This document shows positions 49,042 through 59,154 of a stretch of DNA of 64,000 bases, one piece after another (position 1 is the stretch's first letter; each line of letters begins with the position of its first letter). The DNA lies in contig JAKMXF010000188.1 in NCBI GenBank assembly GCA_024704765.1, positions 615,015-679,014 on the forward strand. The letters run 5' to 3'. The translations under genes and the position numbers were made by a program. The notes below the pieces were generated by a model, which had not been told where the DNA came from, searched no databases, and saw only the letters and a list, made by a program, of their open reading frames with translations. Origin of the DNA: Oopsacas minuta (Eukaryota > Animalia > Porifera).

Positions 49042-51921
49042 CTACTGTTGCGTAATTTTATTTGATAATCCCAAAGCTCCCACCAGATGTCCAACACTCT
49101 CTATATTCCTAATCACAACAATATTGATTAGTTCATAGAATTGCTGCATACACACAGCTCCATACTCTCGTACTATAATGTTGTTATCTCTTAATTTGTA
49201 TTCCTCCTTATCTGGAGGGTTTTTCTTAAGAAAATCTTGTACTTCCTCCATCAGCTGTCTGATTTCATTTGCCGGTAGAATTTCAAACATTTCCATCAAA
49301 CACAACATTTGTGAGTTAAGCCATTGTGCCCGACATAGAACACGAATCAGGTAGAGAGACAAGTTTAACTCAATTGGACAATCAGTCCCTTTCACAGCTT
49401 TAGACAAACTCCAGAAATTCACCAGCACATACACCATTGCTCTTATAATCGGATAGCAAGTTATGAGAGCTACGCCATCATTAGCAAGGAAGAGTAGGAG
49501 CTCTAAATTGAGATGAGTTTCTTCTAGAGATGCACGAATTTTCAAATGTCTCTCTATATTGTACTTCAATGTTTCTTCATCGAACCAATCCCTGTTACCT
49601 GGTACTTCGCTGGCAGCTACTGTATCTAAAACAATCTGCCCTAACTGTTGCATACTCAGTGGATTATAACTATCCGATCTGTGTGGTATACGAGAGTGTG
49701 TTTCAATCAAACAGCACCGAGCTAGTAACAATATTATCTGCTCGTTAGCTTGGTTAATAGCACGTTGTGTTTTCTGGCTTGATTTAGTTGCATTTGTTAC
49801 TGATTTCTGTTTGTGTACAAATTCTCTGCCTTCAATATGATTGTTGATTTTCAAAGTATTACAACTGTTATCATTTTGGACGGAAAATTCATTCATCCTT
49901 CTCACTAGTAAGCTAGTTTCATTTGAAATTACTTCCACTTTTGCTTCTATTGTCTGAATATCACCAGTTATAAGATGGTGATATGGTGAATCGCTTACTG
50001 CACACATATACACTATCTTTCTAAGTGAGAATACAAGACATTGTCTGTCATTAGAACAATAATCACCCAATATATCCCTCGTCCTAACTAAACACAGCTC
50101 ACAATGCACATCTAACTCACCCTCAAAACAAGCTGAAACAGATCTCTCTAACAAACCGAAGAACAGAGTTAACAGATGCATACAGACATTGATTTTCTTT
50201 ACCAAGCGAGCTTTCATTGGGAGTAATTGGAACTTCTCAATAAAATCGAGGATATTAAAAGTATGTGTGTACTGACTGGGGCTCAGCTGTTCACAAATCG
50301 TTAGTACTGAATTAAGTAGCTCATCGTGAATTTGTGAAGTTACACTCTTCCAAACTGCACCAGCCTCCATCTTTAATAAAATAGAAATGTTCTTGAATAG
50401 GTTTGTAGCTTTCCTTTCATCTTCCCCCATCTGTTGTTGCAATGTTAGGCATCTTTTGAAACTCTCCACCATTACCAAAGGGTGCATCAAACTTAGCTTT
50501 TCTTGCAACTGAGGTATCTGCAGTAATATATTATCACTAGGAGCATGGAGAATACAATGAACTAGAATACGAATAGCTATCGAATCAGAACAGAATAATC
50601 CTATGACAACCAACAACCTCGACAGTGCCTTCAGTAGTTTGTTCTCATTGCGTTGCTTACAATATTTGAGTAAGAGCCTATCCGTGTGTTGAGATAAGTC
50701 AACTACAAACAGATAAGTATTATGCTTCTCACTACTACCAGATAGTTTCGCCATCTTATCACGATTTAATACATGTCGTCTAGCATTATTCTCCATTTCA
50801 ATCAGCATATACTCTAACAATCTCTCTGCCATGCGCCACACCTCAGGAGATTCTTCTCTCAATTCCCCCTCCTCCATCCCATCCTCACCCACTTCTTGAC
50901 TCTCTCTCTGTCCCTCGCTACGCTCTGGGTAACTGGTATGCAGTAAACATTCAATCAATGCATACACTGATTCGCCGCGTAGGAACAGTACTACCTCGTG
51001 TAGGAACCTGTTCAACTGGTCTGTGTCATCAAGTGTACACACCTGTGCATCTCTCTCTTGACTCAATATTGCACGTAGTCTATTCACAGTCAATAACTTG
51101 ATTATACCTAATGCAACCAAGTTGAGTAGAATTGTACTTTGCGAGGCTAGCTCGTGGTAGAACTTAAACATTTCTCTCTGTGGTTCCCCGGTCATTTCAA
51201 GCACAGCAGAGAAAGAAGTGAGTATAGTGTTCCTGACAGAGTCAGGTGCTTGTATGCTCACATACTCCAGGCTCTGTATCAGTGGATTAGTGTACTCGTT
51301 ACTCTTGTTATTCTCTATCAGCTTGAATACTATTGGTATTGACGTGTCTATGTAGGACATGGACAGATGACAACATATCCAATTACAAGTCTTATTAGAA
51401 TCTTTAGTTTGCTCGAGTAGCTGTCTGATACACTTTTCAGGATTTTCTGTATAGAAATGGTCTATACAGTTGAAGGTTAAATTCAGGACAGGTCTAACCA
51501 CCTGGTTGCTAATCCAATACTTTATTTGTTCCTGTGTTGAGCTTCTACGAGTGTCTTGAATACTCATTTTAACCAGAAGACTCAGTCCCCAGTGAAATAT
51601 CACAGGAGACCATGCAGTCTTGTTATGCTCTAGTAGAGACTGTATTACATCGGAAGTTGTGAATAGGAATCTTTTCAGATTGTCAAGTTCTTTGGATGTA
51701 TCTCTGAGAGCAGCTAAGTAGCAACTAGCGATTGTTTCGAGTGCAGCACTCCTGGATACAGGAATGGTAGACAGGAGTTGTGTGGCTATCTCTCCTTTGT
51801 GAATGAGACCATCTAAGCTATCGGGTGGACTCTGCGATAGAGAAGCTTGCAGGATCTCCCTTATCTGTTTTACAGGTTCTGCTGGTTCTTCTTTTTCACT
51901 CTCTTTCTTATGAATATCCAT
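49042..51921 (-). CDS. INTS5: Integrator complex subunit 5, single exon
   Basis: LLSTIPVSRSAALE, AWSPVIFHWGLSLL, PEKCIRQLLE, NWICCHL and the C-terminal IVIRNIESVG align with INTS5 N- and C-terminal motifs. 959 aa. Confidence 0.85.
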   Translation of the reverse strand: MDIHKKESEKEEPAEPVKQIREILQASLSQSPPDSLDGLIHKGEIATQLLSTIPVSRSAALETIASCYLAALRDTSKELDNLKRFLFTTSDVIQSLLEHNKTAWSPVIFHWGLSLLVKMSIQDTRRSSTQEQIKYWISNQVVRPVLNLTFNCIDHFYTENPEKCIRQLLEQTKDSNKTCNWICCHLSMSYIDTSIPIVFKLIENNKSNEYTNPLIQSLEYVSIQAPDSVRNTILTSFSAVLEMTGEPQREMFKFYHELASQSTILLNLVALGIIKLLTVNRLRAILSQERDAQVCTLDDTDQLNRFLHEVVLFLRGESVYALIECLLHTSYPERSEGQRESQEVGEDGMEEGELREESPEVWRMAERLLEYMLIEMENNARRHVLNRDKMAKLSGSSEKHNTYLFVVDLSQHTDRLLLKYCKQRNENKLLKALSRLLVVIGLFCSDSIAIRILVHCILHAPSDNILLQIPQLQEKLSLMHPLVMVESFKRCLTLQQQMGEDERKATNLFKNISILLKMEAGAVWKSVTSQIHDELLNSVLTICEQLSPSQYTHTFNILDFIEKFQLLPMKARLVKKINVCMHLLTLFFGLLERSVSACFEGELDVHCELCLVRTRDILGDYCSNDRQCLVFSLRKIVYMCAVSDSPYHHLITGDIQTIEAKVEVISNETSLLVRRMNEFSVQNDNSCNTLKINNHIEGREFVHKQKSVTNATKSSQKTQRAINQANEQIILLLARCCLIETHSRIPHRSDSYNPLSMQQLGQIVLDTVAASEVPGNRDWFDEETLKYNIERHLKIRASLEETHLNLELLLFLANDGVALITCYPIIRAMVYVLVNFWSLSKAVKGTDCPIELNLSLYLIRVLCRAQWLNSQMLCLMEMFEILPANEIRQLMEEVQDFLKKNPPDKEEYKLRDNNIIVREYGAVCMQQFYELINIVVIRNIESVGHLVGALGLSNKITQQ

Positions 51922-52341
51922 TTATTAAATTTAAAATATCTACAAGAGAAAATTACAGTGTTGTTATGATTAATATATGACAAGGTTCGATCCAAATTTA
52001 TGTGGCTTGTATACCGCCATGAATTTTGGCTTTAAATATTTAAGAGGGCGAGAATTCGGTCAAAACGTGAAGGCTTGCAACAAATGAGGCTGCCATTTTT
52101 CGGAGAACCCAACCCATTACACACCTAATCAAACGCTGTTCATCACACCGGTTTTAAGGTATATTGCAAAATACAGACAATTAATGATAATAATGTTAAG
52201 AGCTAAGGCCACTGTTAGTTGGAAACTTGTTTCAGCTCTACCGCCCTTGAATATTGTCATTATTTACCATTTCACAGTGAAATTCAACAACACTATCATA
52301 ACGTCATAAATAATGAGATAATGATAATACTTGTATATGCA

Positions 52342-52556
52342 CATACTTGCCAACCTGTGTGACGGTAAAAGCGGGTCGGAAGGTACAGATTTAGCGGGAC
52401 ATGGCGGGATGTAGCATATTAGTTTTAGACTGGACTACAAAAAGCAGGACAATTAAGGTTTTCGGCAAGTCTTGGCGGGACAGTAGCCTCATTGGAACGC
52501 AACGCATGTCCGAAAACTTGGGAAATCCCGCCAAAACGGGACAGATGGCAAGTATG
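52342..52556. mobile_element. hAT-like MITE
   Basis: TIR CATACTTGCCA / TGGCAAGTATG with internal GCGGGA repeats. Flanks match only partly (TATATGCA vs TATACAGT). Confidence 0.6.
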
Positions 52557-52584
52557 TATACAGTCTCTTTTAAGGAATAACGAA

Positions 52585-52928
52585 CAATTTGGAGGGCAGC
52601 TCCTATAGGGAGGTGCCCTATTGGGATGGACGATGTGCCACGTCCGTCCACACGGCCTTGCGAAATCTAGTAGTCTAAATAACATGAAAATTGGCATTCA
52701 TATACATTTTGGGTCGGAGATTTGCACCTCGGATATGAATTTTTTCTAAAGTGAATATTTCACATCTTTTTGGTGATTAATCATATTATCACAACTTTCT
52801 ATGTAAAATTAAAAATTAAGCTAGAGGTTAGGTTTCAACATGTCAGAGGTAATTGGGTGCGTAGAGTCCGATTTTGAGAATTTACATAACCCTGAGCTAC
52901 ACTACCAGTCTATCGGCTGGACATTTTT
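52585..52928 (-). repeat. Dispersed repeat family B copy
   Basis: Reverse-complement similarity to 18940-19253 and to the 18464 terminus. Confidence 0.7.
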
Positions 52929-53088
52929 GTATTACTCAATATAGAGTGTTATTCAGCTTATTTTATGCACAATTTGAGTTGTTTCAGTGATAATTCTTTC
53001 CATTAGTGTTTCAATACATTCACATGTAAACTGTTCACAATTATGTAATCTCCTCTGCCATTCGTGTCGGCCAAAGAATAATTATACG

Positions 53089-53942
53089 CAGGGGCGGATC
53101 CAGGGCATCATGTCAGGGGGGGAAAAATATATCTAGGAGCATAGTATACCAAATAAATACATAGATAAGTGATTACTAATAATTAGAAAACTCTACGTAT
53201 CTACAACAACTTCCTTCTTATCTTCATCCTAGCAATTGTGTCTATTACATTAGAAAAGCTGACAATTCAGTAAAATCATTTTACTGACATCGAATGTGAA
53301 TCGTGATTCAATAGAATAACCTAGCATAGGCTGTATAGCTATAATTCGAAACTCGTGACATTAAATAGCATTCATGATACATACATGATATTGTAGTTTT
53401 CATCTAATACATTAGGGAATTTCTAACCAGCAACCTAGGTTGCTACATAGAAGAATTCTCAATTTGGGGTTGAAGTTGATCGTCTGATGTATATGGTGCG
53501 TACTTTCAAAAAATTCGTTATTATAGGGGATCGTGCATTGTTGAAGGGGAGGGGATTACACATACGGTCATATATTATGTGTTATATATTATATCCATGA
53601 GTTTACTACAACAATAGACAGTGTACTAACAAAAGAATAAGATATTAATTAGCTATAAGCTATCAGCAATCCAAGCAAATCCAGAGATTTTCAGTGGAAT
53701 CTACTTCGAAATCAGATAGATTTCAAAGGACTTCTATACTATGTGTTAGAGTGAAACCAATTATCTAATATTGCATATACTTACTTAGGGCATATATAGC
53801 TACAAATAAAATACTGATAATTCTAATTGATCGATTCTGCGATTTTTGCGTATTCCCCTTACATTATCCTTAATTGGATCGTATCGTGAAAAGATTGTCA
53901 GAAGGCAAGTTGCCCCCCTGCCCCCCTATAGATCCGTCACTG
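53089..53942. mobile_element. Non-autonomous hAT element, 854 bp, perfect 8-bp TSD ATTATACG
   Basis: ATTATACG|CAGGGGCGGATC ... GATCCGTCACTG|ATTATACG (TSD at 53081-53088 and 53943-53950). Confidence 0.9.
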
Positions 53943-54208
53943 ATTATACGTATATATGTATGTCCTTAGGGGCAATTATTTAGCACATGGTACGTAGTTA
54001 GGGGGGCCTAGATACAATTTACACATATACATCGTAAAGCTGTAAATTATGCAAATAGCCCTCGAAATTCGCTACAATCTGACAAGTGGCATAATTTCAT
54101 AGATATAATCCTTAACCTCTAGCTTCTACATGTATAAAATATGAACACTAAGGAAATAATGTATATAATCCATTTCTTCTTTCACAAGTCCTATCAATCA
54201 ATAAATTA

Positions 54209-55444
54209 TTAGAATACGATTAGATGATTGTTCCCTGCAACAATAATTCTACCTTTAGCGTCAAGCGCCACTCCTCTAGGACCAGTAATAACACTAGTAA
54301 TCTTATGAAGAATATTAGCTTGTATATCAATAATGAGTATAGATTTTATTCCATGATCAGAAATGATAAAATTACCAGAGCTATCTATGAGGAATCCAAA
54401 AGGACAATCCAGATGTTTATGAACAGAATTAGAAATTGTATTACTAACTTGAGAGAGATTATAATTGAAACAAAATAGAAATGGATGTTGATGAGACAAT
54501 ACGTATATTTCGTCATTAGTCAGTTTGATATCGCTTGGATAACGGTATAAAGCAATCTTAGATTTGTATGAATATTTTTCTGAGAATATTTGAATTCTTT
54601 TATTACCATAATCAGAAACAAAAATATCACCATTTGTATCATTGACAGCGATACCCCTAGGAAAGCTGAACTGTCCCTTTTCAATGCCTTTATTCCCAAT
54701 TTGTTTGATAAATTTCCCATTCAGATCAAATACCATCAAACAGCCAGCTTCTGTCTGACTAACAAATACTTTCTGATTAGTAATAGCTATACCAAGCGGA
54801 GAGTTCATCTTACATTCTTCAGCTTCATCTCCGAATTTGAACAGATACTTACCATATTCATTAAATGTCTGTACTCGGTTGTTAGATTTATCAGCTACAT
54901 AGATGTTATTAGTTCTGTAGTCAACTGCTACACCCCATGGACTACGAAATTGTCCTTCCTCACCACCTGATACACCTCCTACACTCACCACAGGTTCAGC
55001 CTTACCCACATAATCTACAACTGGTTGACAACAGATATTTGAGTTTACCACACTAATCTTACCGATACATTTAATGCTATCCAACAATGTATTATCAAAC
55101 TCAATTGAGATATTTAGTTTCGAAATATATTCTAACTCTATTTCTCTTAGTTCTTCCTCTAACAGTTTGATAGTTCTAGTTTGAGTTTTCTCTAATCTCA
55201 AGGTGGTAAAATGTTCCCGATTAAATTTCAATGCTTTTTCAATTTCAGAGATAGATCGTCTTTGTTTCTCATTTTCTAGTTTGTATTTGTTGTGAATATC
55301 TTCCAATTCTTTCAAGAGTTCTCTCTCCCTCTCTTTCACAAAATTTGACATCTCTAGAAAGTAAGTTTCAATCTGAGTTTTGATTTGAGCTGTTTGAAGT
55401 TCAAAACTTAATTCTTCTCCTGAAGGGATATAGTTTGTTGCCAT
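54209..55444 (-). CDS. Coiled-coil plus six NHL-repeat beta-propeller protein (TRIM-NHL-like, no RING or B-box), single exon
   Basis: N-terminal coiled coil. NHL blades PWGVAV, PLGIAI, PRGIAV, PSDIKL, PFGFLI, PRGVAL, with GQF.xP and D..N.R+Q.F motifs. Confidence 0.9.
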   Translation of the reverse strand: MATNYIPSGEELSFELQTAQIKTQIETYFLEMSNFVKERERELLKELEDIHNKYKLENEKQRRSISEIEKALKFNREHFTTLRLEKTQTRTIKLLEEELREIELEYISKLNISIEFDNTLLDSIKCIGKISVVNSNICCQPVVDYVGKAEPVVSVGGVSGGEEGQFRSPWGVAVDYRTNNIYVADKSNNRVQTFNEYGKYLFKFGDEAEECKMNSPLGIAITNQKVFVSQTEAGCLMVFDLNGKFIKQIGNKGIEKGQFSFPRGIAVNDTNGDIFVSDYGNKRIQIFSEKYSYKSKIALYRYPSDIKLTNDEIYVLSHQHPFLFCFNYNLSQVSNTISNSVHKHLDCPFGFLIDSSGNFIISDHGIKSILIIDIQANILHKITSVITGPRGVALDAKGRIIVAGNNHLIVF

Positions 55445-56269
55445 GCTACTAGTGAAAACAATATCCCATTAACTAAACTCCAAAATTTGAAATGTTGAGA
55501 GCAAGCCTCTACGACTGAAGATTACGTATGTGAAAATATGGATATGATTATATGGATGAGCTGAAGGATAAGATTATTTGAAAACAAGAGCGCGAGCGGA
55601 AGCGCAAAACTAGAGCTCTTGGTCAACACTGTAAGAGGCCAATTCCAATTCATAGAAATTTTCAGAAACTCTAATTCAAAATATGTTACTCCAGCGTGTT
55701 AATTGAGGTCTCAGTAAAGAGATAACCACTACTATTCATCCATTAGTTAGTAATAATATTAGGTACGGGGAATTGGACCCGAAACTTTCACGCGATATTG
55801 TGAGAGGTGAAGGAATTTTTATCGAGTTAGTTACTAGCATGGCGTTACGTGTTGTATGAGTGCATTTACATACTTTATTATACTAGAGGGTGAGAATTTT
55901 TCTTCGAATTAGTGTCAATATTGATCTGCTCTTTTGCGGGGAGCTTTTTGCTACCCCTGATTGTTGGATGGTGTATTTGAAGCGATCTTCTGGCAATGGA
56001 AATAATTTTGATCGAATTAGTTAAGGTTCATGTTTACGAATTTGGGTCTAAATATTTAATTTTGGGTCTAATTCCTACATTACGTACTTTGGGGTCAAAT
56101 TCCGATATTTTCTGAGTCTAACTCCAGCGTCTCAATATATTGTGTAGTTGAATTTCATTTGATAAAATGGAGAAATCCCAATAATGACAATATATTAATA
56201 CAGCAGAGCAGGTAAACTTGATACGGGCGGTGGAGTTGGAAAAGCAAGTTCCAACTAACAGTGCCGTAA

Positions 56270-56760
56270 TCTATATTATTAAATCTCAATTGTTGTTAGT
56301 CTGTCTGTTTGTTTGTATGTTTGTCTGTTGTCAAGGAAAGGATTTACGGTATGTAATTTTGAAATTGTCGCATAACTATGTATTTATCGTGTTTATCAAG
56401 GAAGTAAATAGAATTCAATAAAACTTCACTAAATATATCGAACATGCTGAATCCGAATTTCGCATTTTCAAGGTTCCCATATGTAAATTTATTGGGGGTT
56501 TTTATGAATATTAAGTAAACATATTTGCAAAATCTCAAAATTTACGTAGATACTTGCTCTTAACGGCTACCCAGGGGGTTGAACTTACAAAATAATTCAA
56601 TAATATATTTGCAATATATGTATATTTGTGAATTACATTGTTCTAAATATATCTATATTATAATACTCAAAGGGGTCGTCAATTAGGAGGATAATGGATA
56701 CCTCGAGGCACAATGCGCCGAGTTCATCGCGAAGCGACGAGCCAAAGGCTCGTATTTCTA
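56270..56760 (+). mobile_element. Non-autonomous Helitron-like element (family C)
   Basis: 5' A|TCTATATTATTAAA then (GTYT)n. 3' hairpin ACGAGCC-AAA-GGCTCGT followed by ATTTCTAT (CTAG-like, imperfect). Confidence 0.55.
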
Positions 56761-57147
56761 TAATTCTACATTTTTAGGAACAATGAACAATCATTCAGAA
56801 AAACAAAATCAACAAAAAGTATTGAGTATCAAGTTAAGTTTCTGTGATTATCAATACAATTCTCCCATTGACTAATACAACATTGTTGCCTGGACAAGCG
56901 AAAAAAATTTACAAATATAATTCATTATCATATAAATCCACTACAGCCAAGCAGGAACTTACATAATAATGAATTGTATTTCTAAATAGTGTCCACTTGT
57001 CCGGGTTAATAATGTTACGTTAGTCAAAAGGAGAATTGTAATAATAAATTCAAAAAAATTTCTACCAAATTTGTTGAAACACTGGTTAATTTTGTCTCAA
57101 TTAGATATCACAGTAACTGACGTCTCATGCAATATATATATATACAG

Positions 57148-57290
57148 TTAAACCTGCCTAACGGCCACCTATGTATAACGGTCACCTGCACATAACTGCC
57201 GCCTAAAACAGTCCCCTCCGATTTCCATTATAATGACCTCAGTGTAGCGGCATAAACATAGCCTCTCGGCCACCTGGTCATTGAAATTTT
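57148..57290 (+). repeat. Tc1/pogo-like MITE fragment; related reverse copy at about 61445-61643
   Basis: TA|CAGTTAAACCTG..TAACGGCCACC...ATAACGGTCACCTGCAC versus GTGCAGGTGACCGTTAAG..CGTTTGACTG|TA. Confidence 0.55.
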
Positions 57291-59154
57291 GGAATATGAA
57301 GCTAAAATGTAACATAATTACATAACATAAATACCTAGCAAAATTTGCTAATATTTCACTTTAAACCTCTCAAAACCCTAGGAGGAGTAATGAATAAATC
57401 GGTGAAAACGAATCTATTCTGTTAACCGAAATTTGTATATTCAGTTAGAAAGAGCACATTATGTGATTAGGGCATTAGCCCTTCTTCTAAAAATAAAGTC
57501 ATTCATTTTACTAATAACTGCACTCTCTGACATCTGATTCGTTATGTTCAAATTATCCAAGCTTACGAAATATAAAGATCGCAAATATTCATTCAATCTA
57601 TTCACCCAATTCCAATAATATTTATTCAGTGCTTCTAAATCAGTGAGACTCAGCACCGGTTCACTCACTAACTCTCAGCTCACTGCGGCTGTGGTCCGGT
57701 TGGGAACTGCTTGGTGCCTCAGAACGTGATTCAGAGGGACAATGTGTCATTGGCATATAACAAATTGAATTGATTTCATGGACTTAATTTATGACCTTCT
57801 GGTAGTTCTGGAAATGAAAATATTAAAAGTAAAGAAAAGACTGCTCCATAATTAACACCAATATTATATATATTATATGGCTAAGTCATAGGAATCCGTG
57901 GTTTTAATAAAGTAACCCTTTCCAAATGTTCATGAAATTTTCGATGAGATTAGTGTGGCGGAGTTCGAAAAAGGTTAACAAACACTGATTTAATCTATAC
58001 AAGGTTTACTATACTTCCTAACATTTATCCAATATACAAGATGCAAAATACAAAGAATTAGATCTTCATAAGATAGCATTCAAATTTCCGAGACTTGGTC
58101 GCACGCTTTTCGTATAAATGCAATTTTCCTATTAATACAAGTAGGATTGAATTTCTATTCTTTCACTTCAACTAAATCACGGTTATTAGTACAAGACGCA
58201 AACTGTGAAAACATTCGATTCGCTAATATAATGCATATCGACATTGCATTATGGAAGTACCTTTGAGCCGAGTTATTTCTAATATCAAGGCAATTTATAA
58301 ATTATGGCACCCTCTGGAGTCCTTAGGGTGCTGTCTTGTGAGCAGTCCCTGTATATATCACATGATTAATAATATTTTCACAAATTTGGGTAAAATTAAG
58401 TTCCAACGTTGATTAAGTCAGCCTAAAACAGCACCCCGGCACCCTGTACTCCAAACCCATAAAGAGTATGGTGAACATTGTCCAGGATTTTAATACACAA
58501 GTACAGGATTCTCGAGATTCTGAATAGAAGGATATACAATTATTTGATTAGAGATCAACGCCCACCCAAAGTACGATTGCTACACATCATAATTCATTTT
58601 AGCACCTGCATGCAGATAATACAACATTTGCTTTTTACCTTTCACTTTTTTAAAATATCCAGGAATTTCGTAAGCTGTCTATTAATACAAGCGGCAACCA
58701 TAATAAATGATGTTTCAAGCTATTTCTAATACAAAATTTAACATCCATTTATAGTGATATACATATAGTTGTCAAATAATATTGTGTCCAGGAAAATCAA
58801 GGACTTTTCGATAAAAAGTGATTCATTGACCAGGATAATTTGGACCAAAACAACGATTTTAACTTGCAACACATAAGAAGAAAAACAATATAAGGTAACT
58901 TCAATAAGTTATATTTATCTATAACAAACATAAACACCAATATAATATCACTAATATAATAAAGTCAGAAGCATCAACACAAACTACACATAGAAGTATA
59001 TAACTCATACAGTTTGGCCTAAACAGTCTCTTTAGTATAGAGCTACTATATATTTTTAGTGATTATTCACATTAGTAAAAATGCATACAAGTCAGGCCTA
59101 GAACAGCTACAGTACTAATTATATTGAGTATGTTTGAATTCAGACACATAGTGG

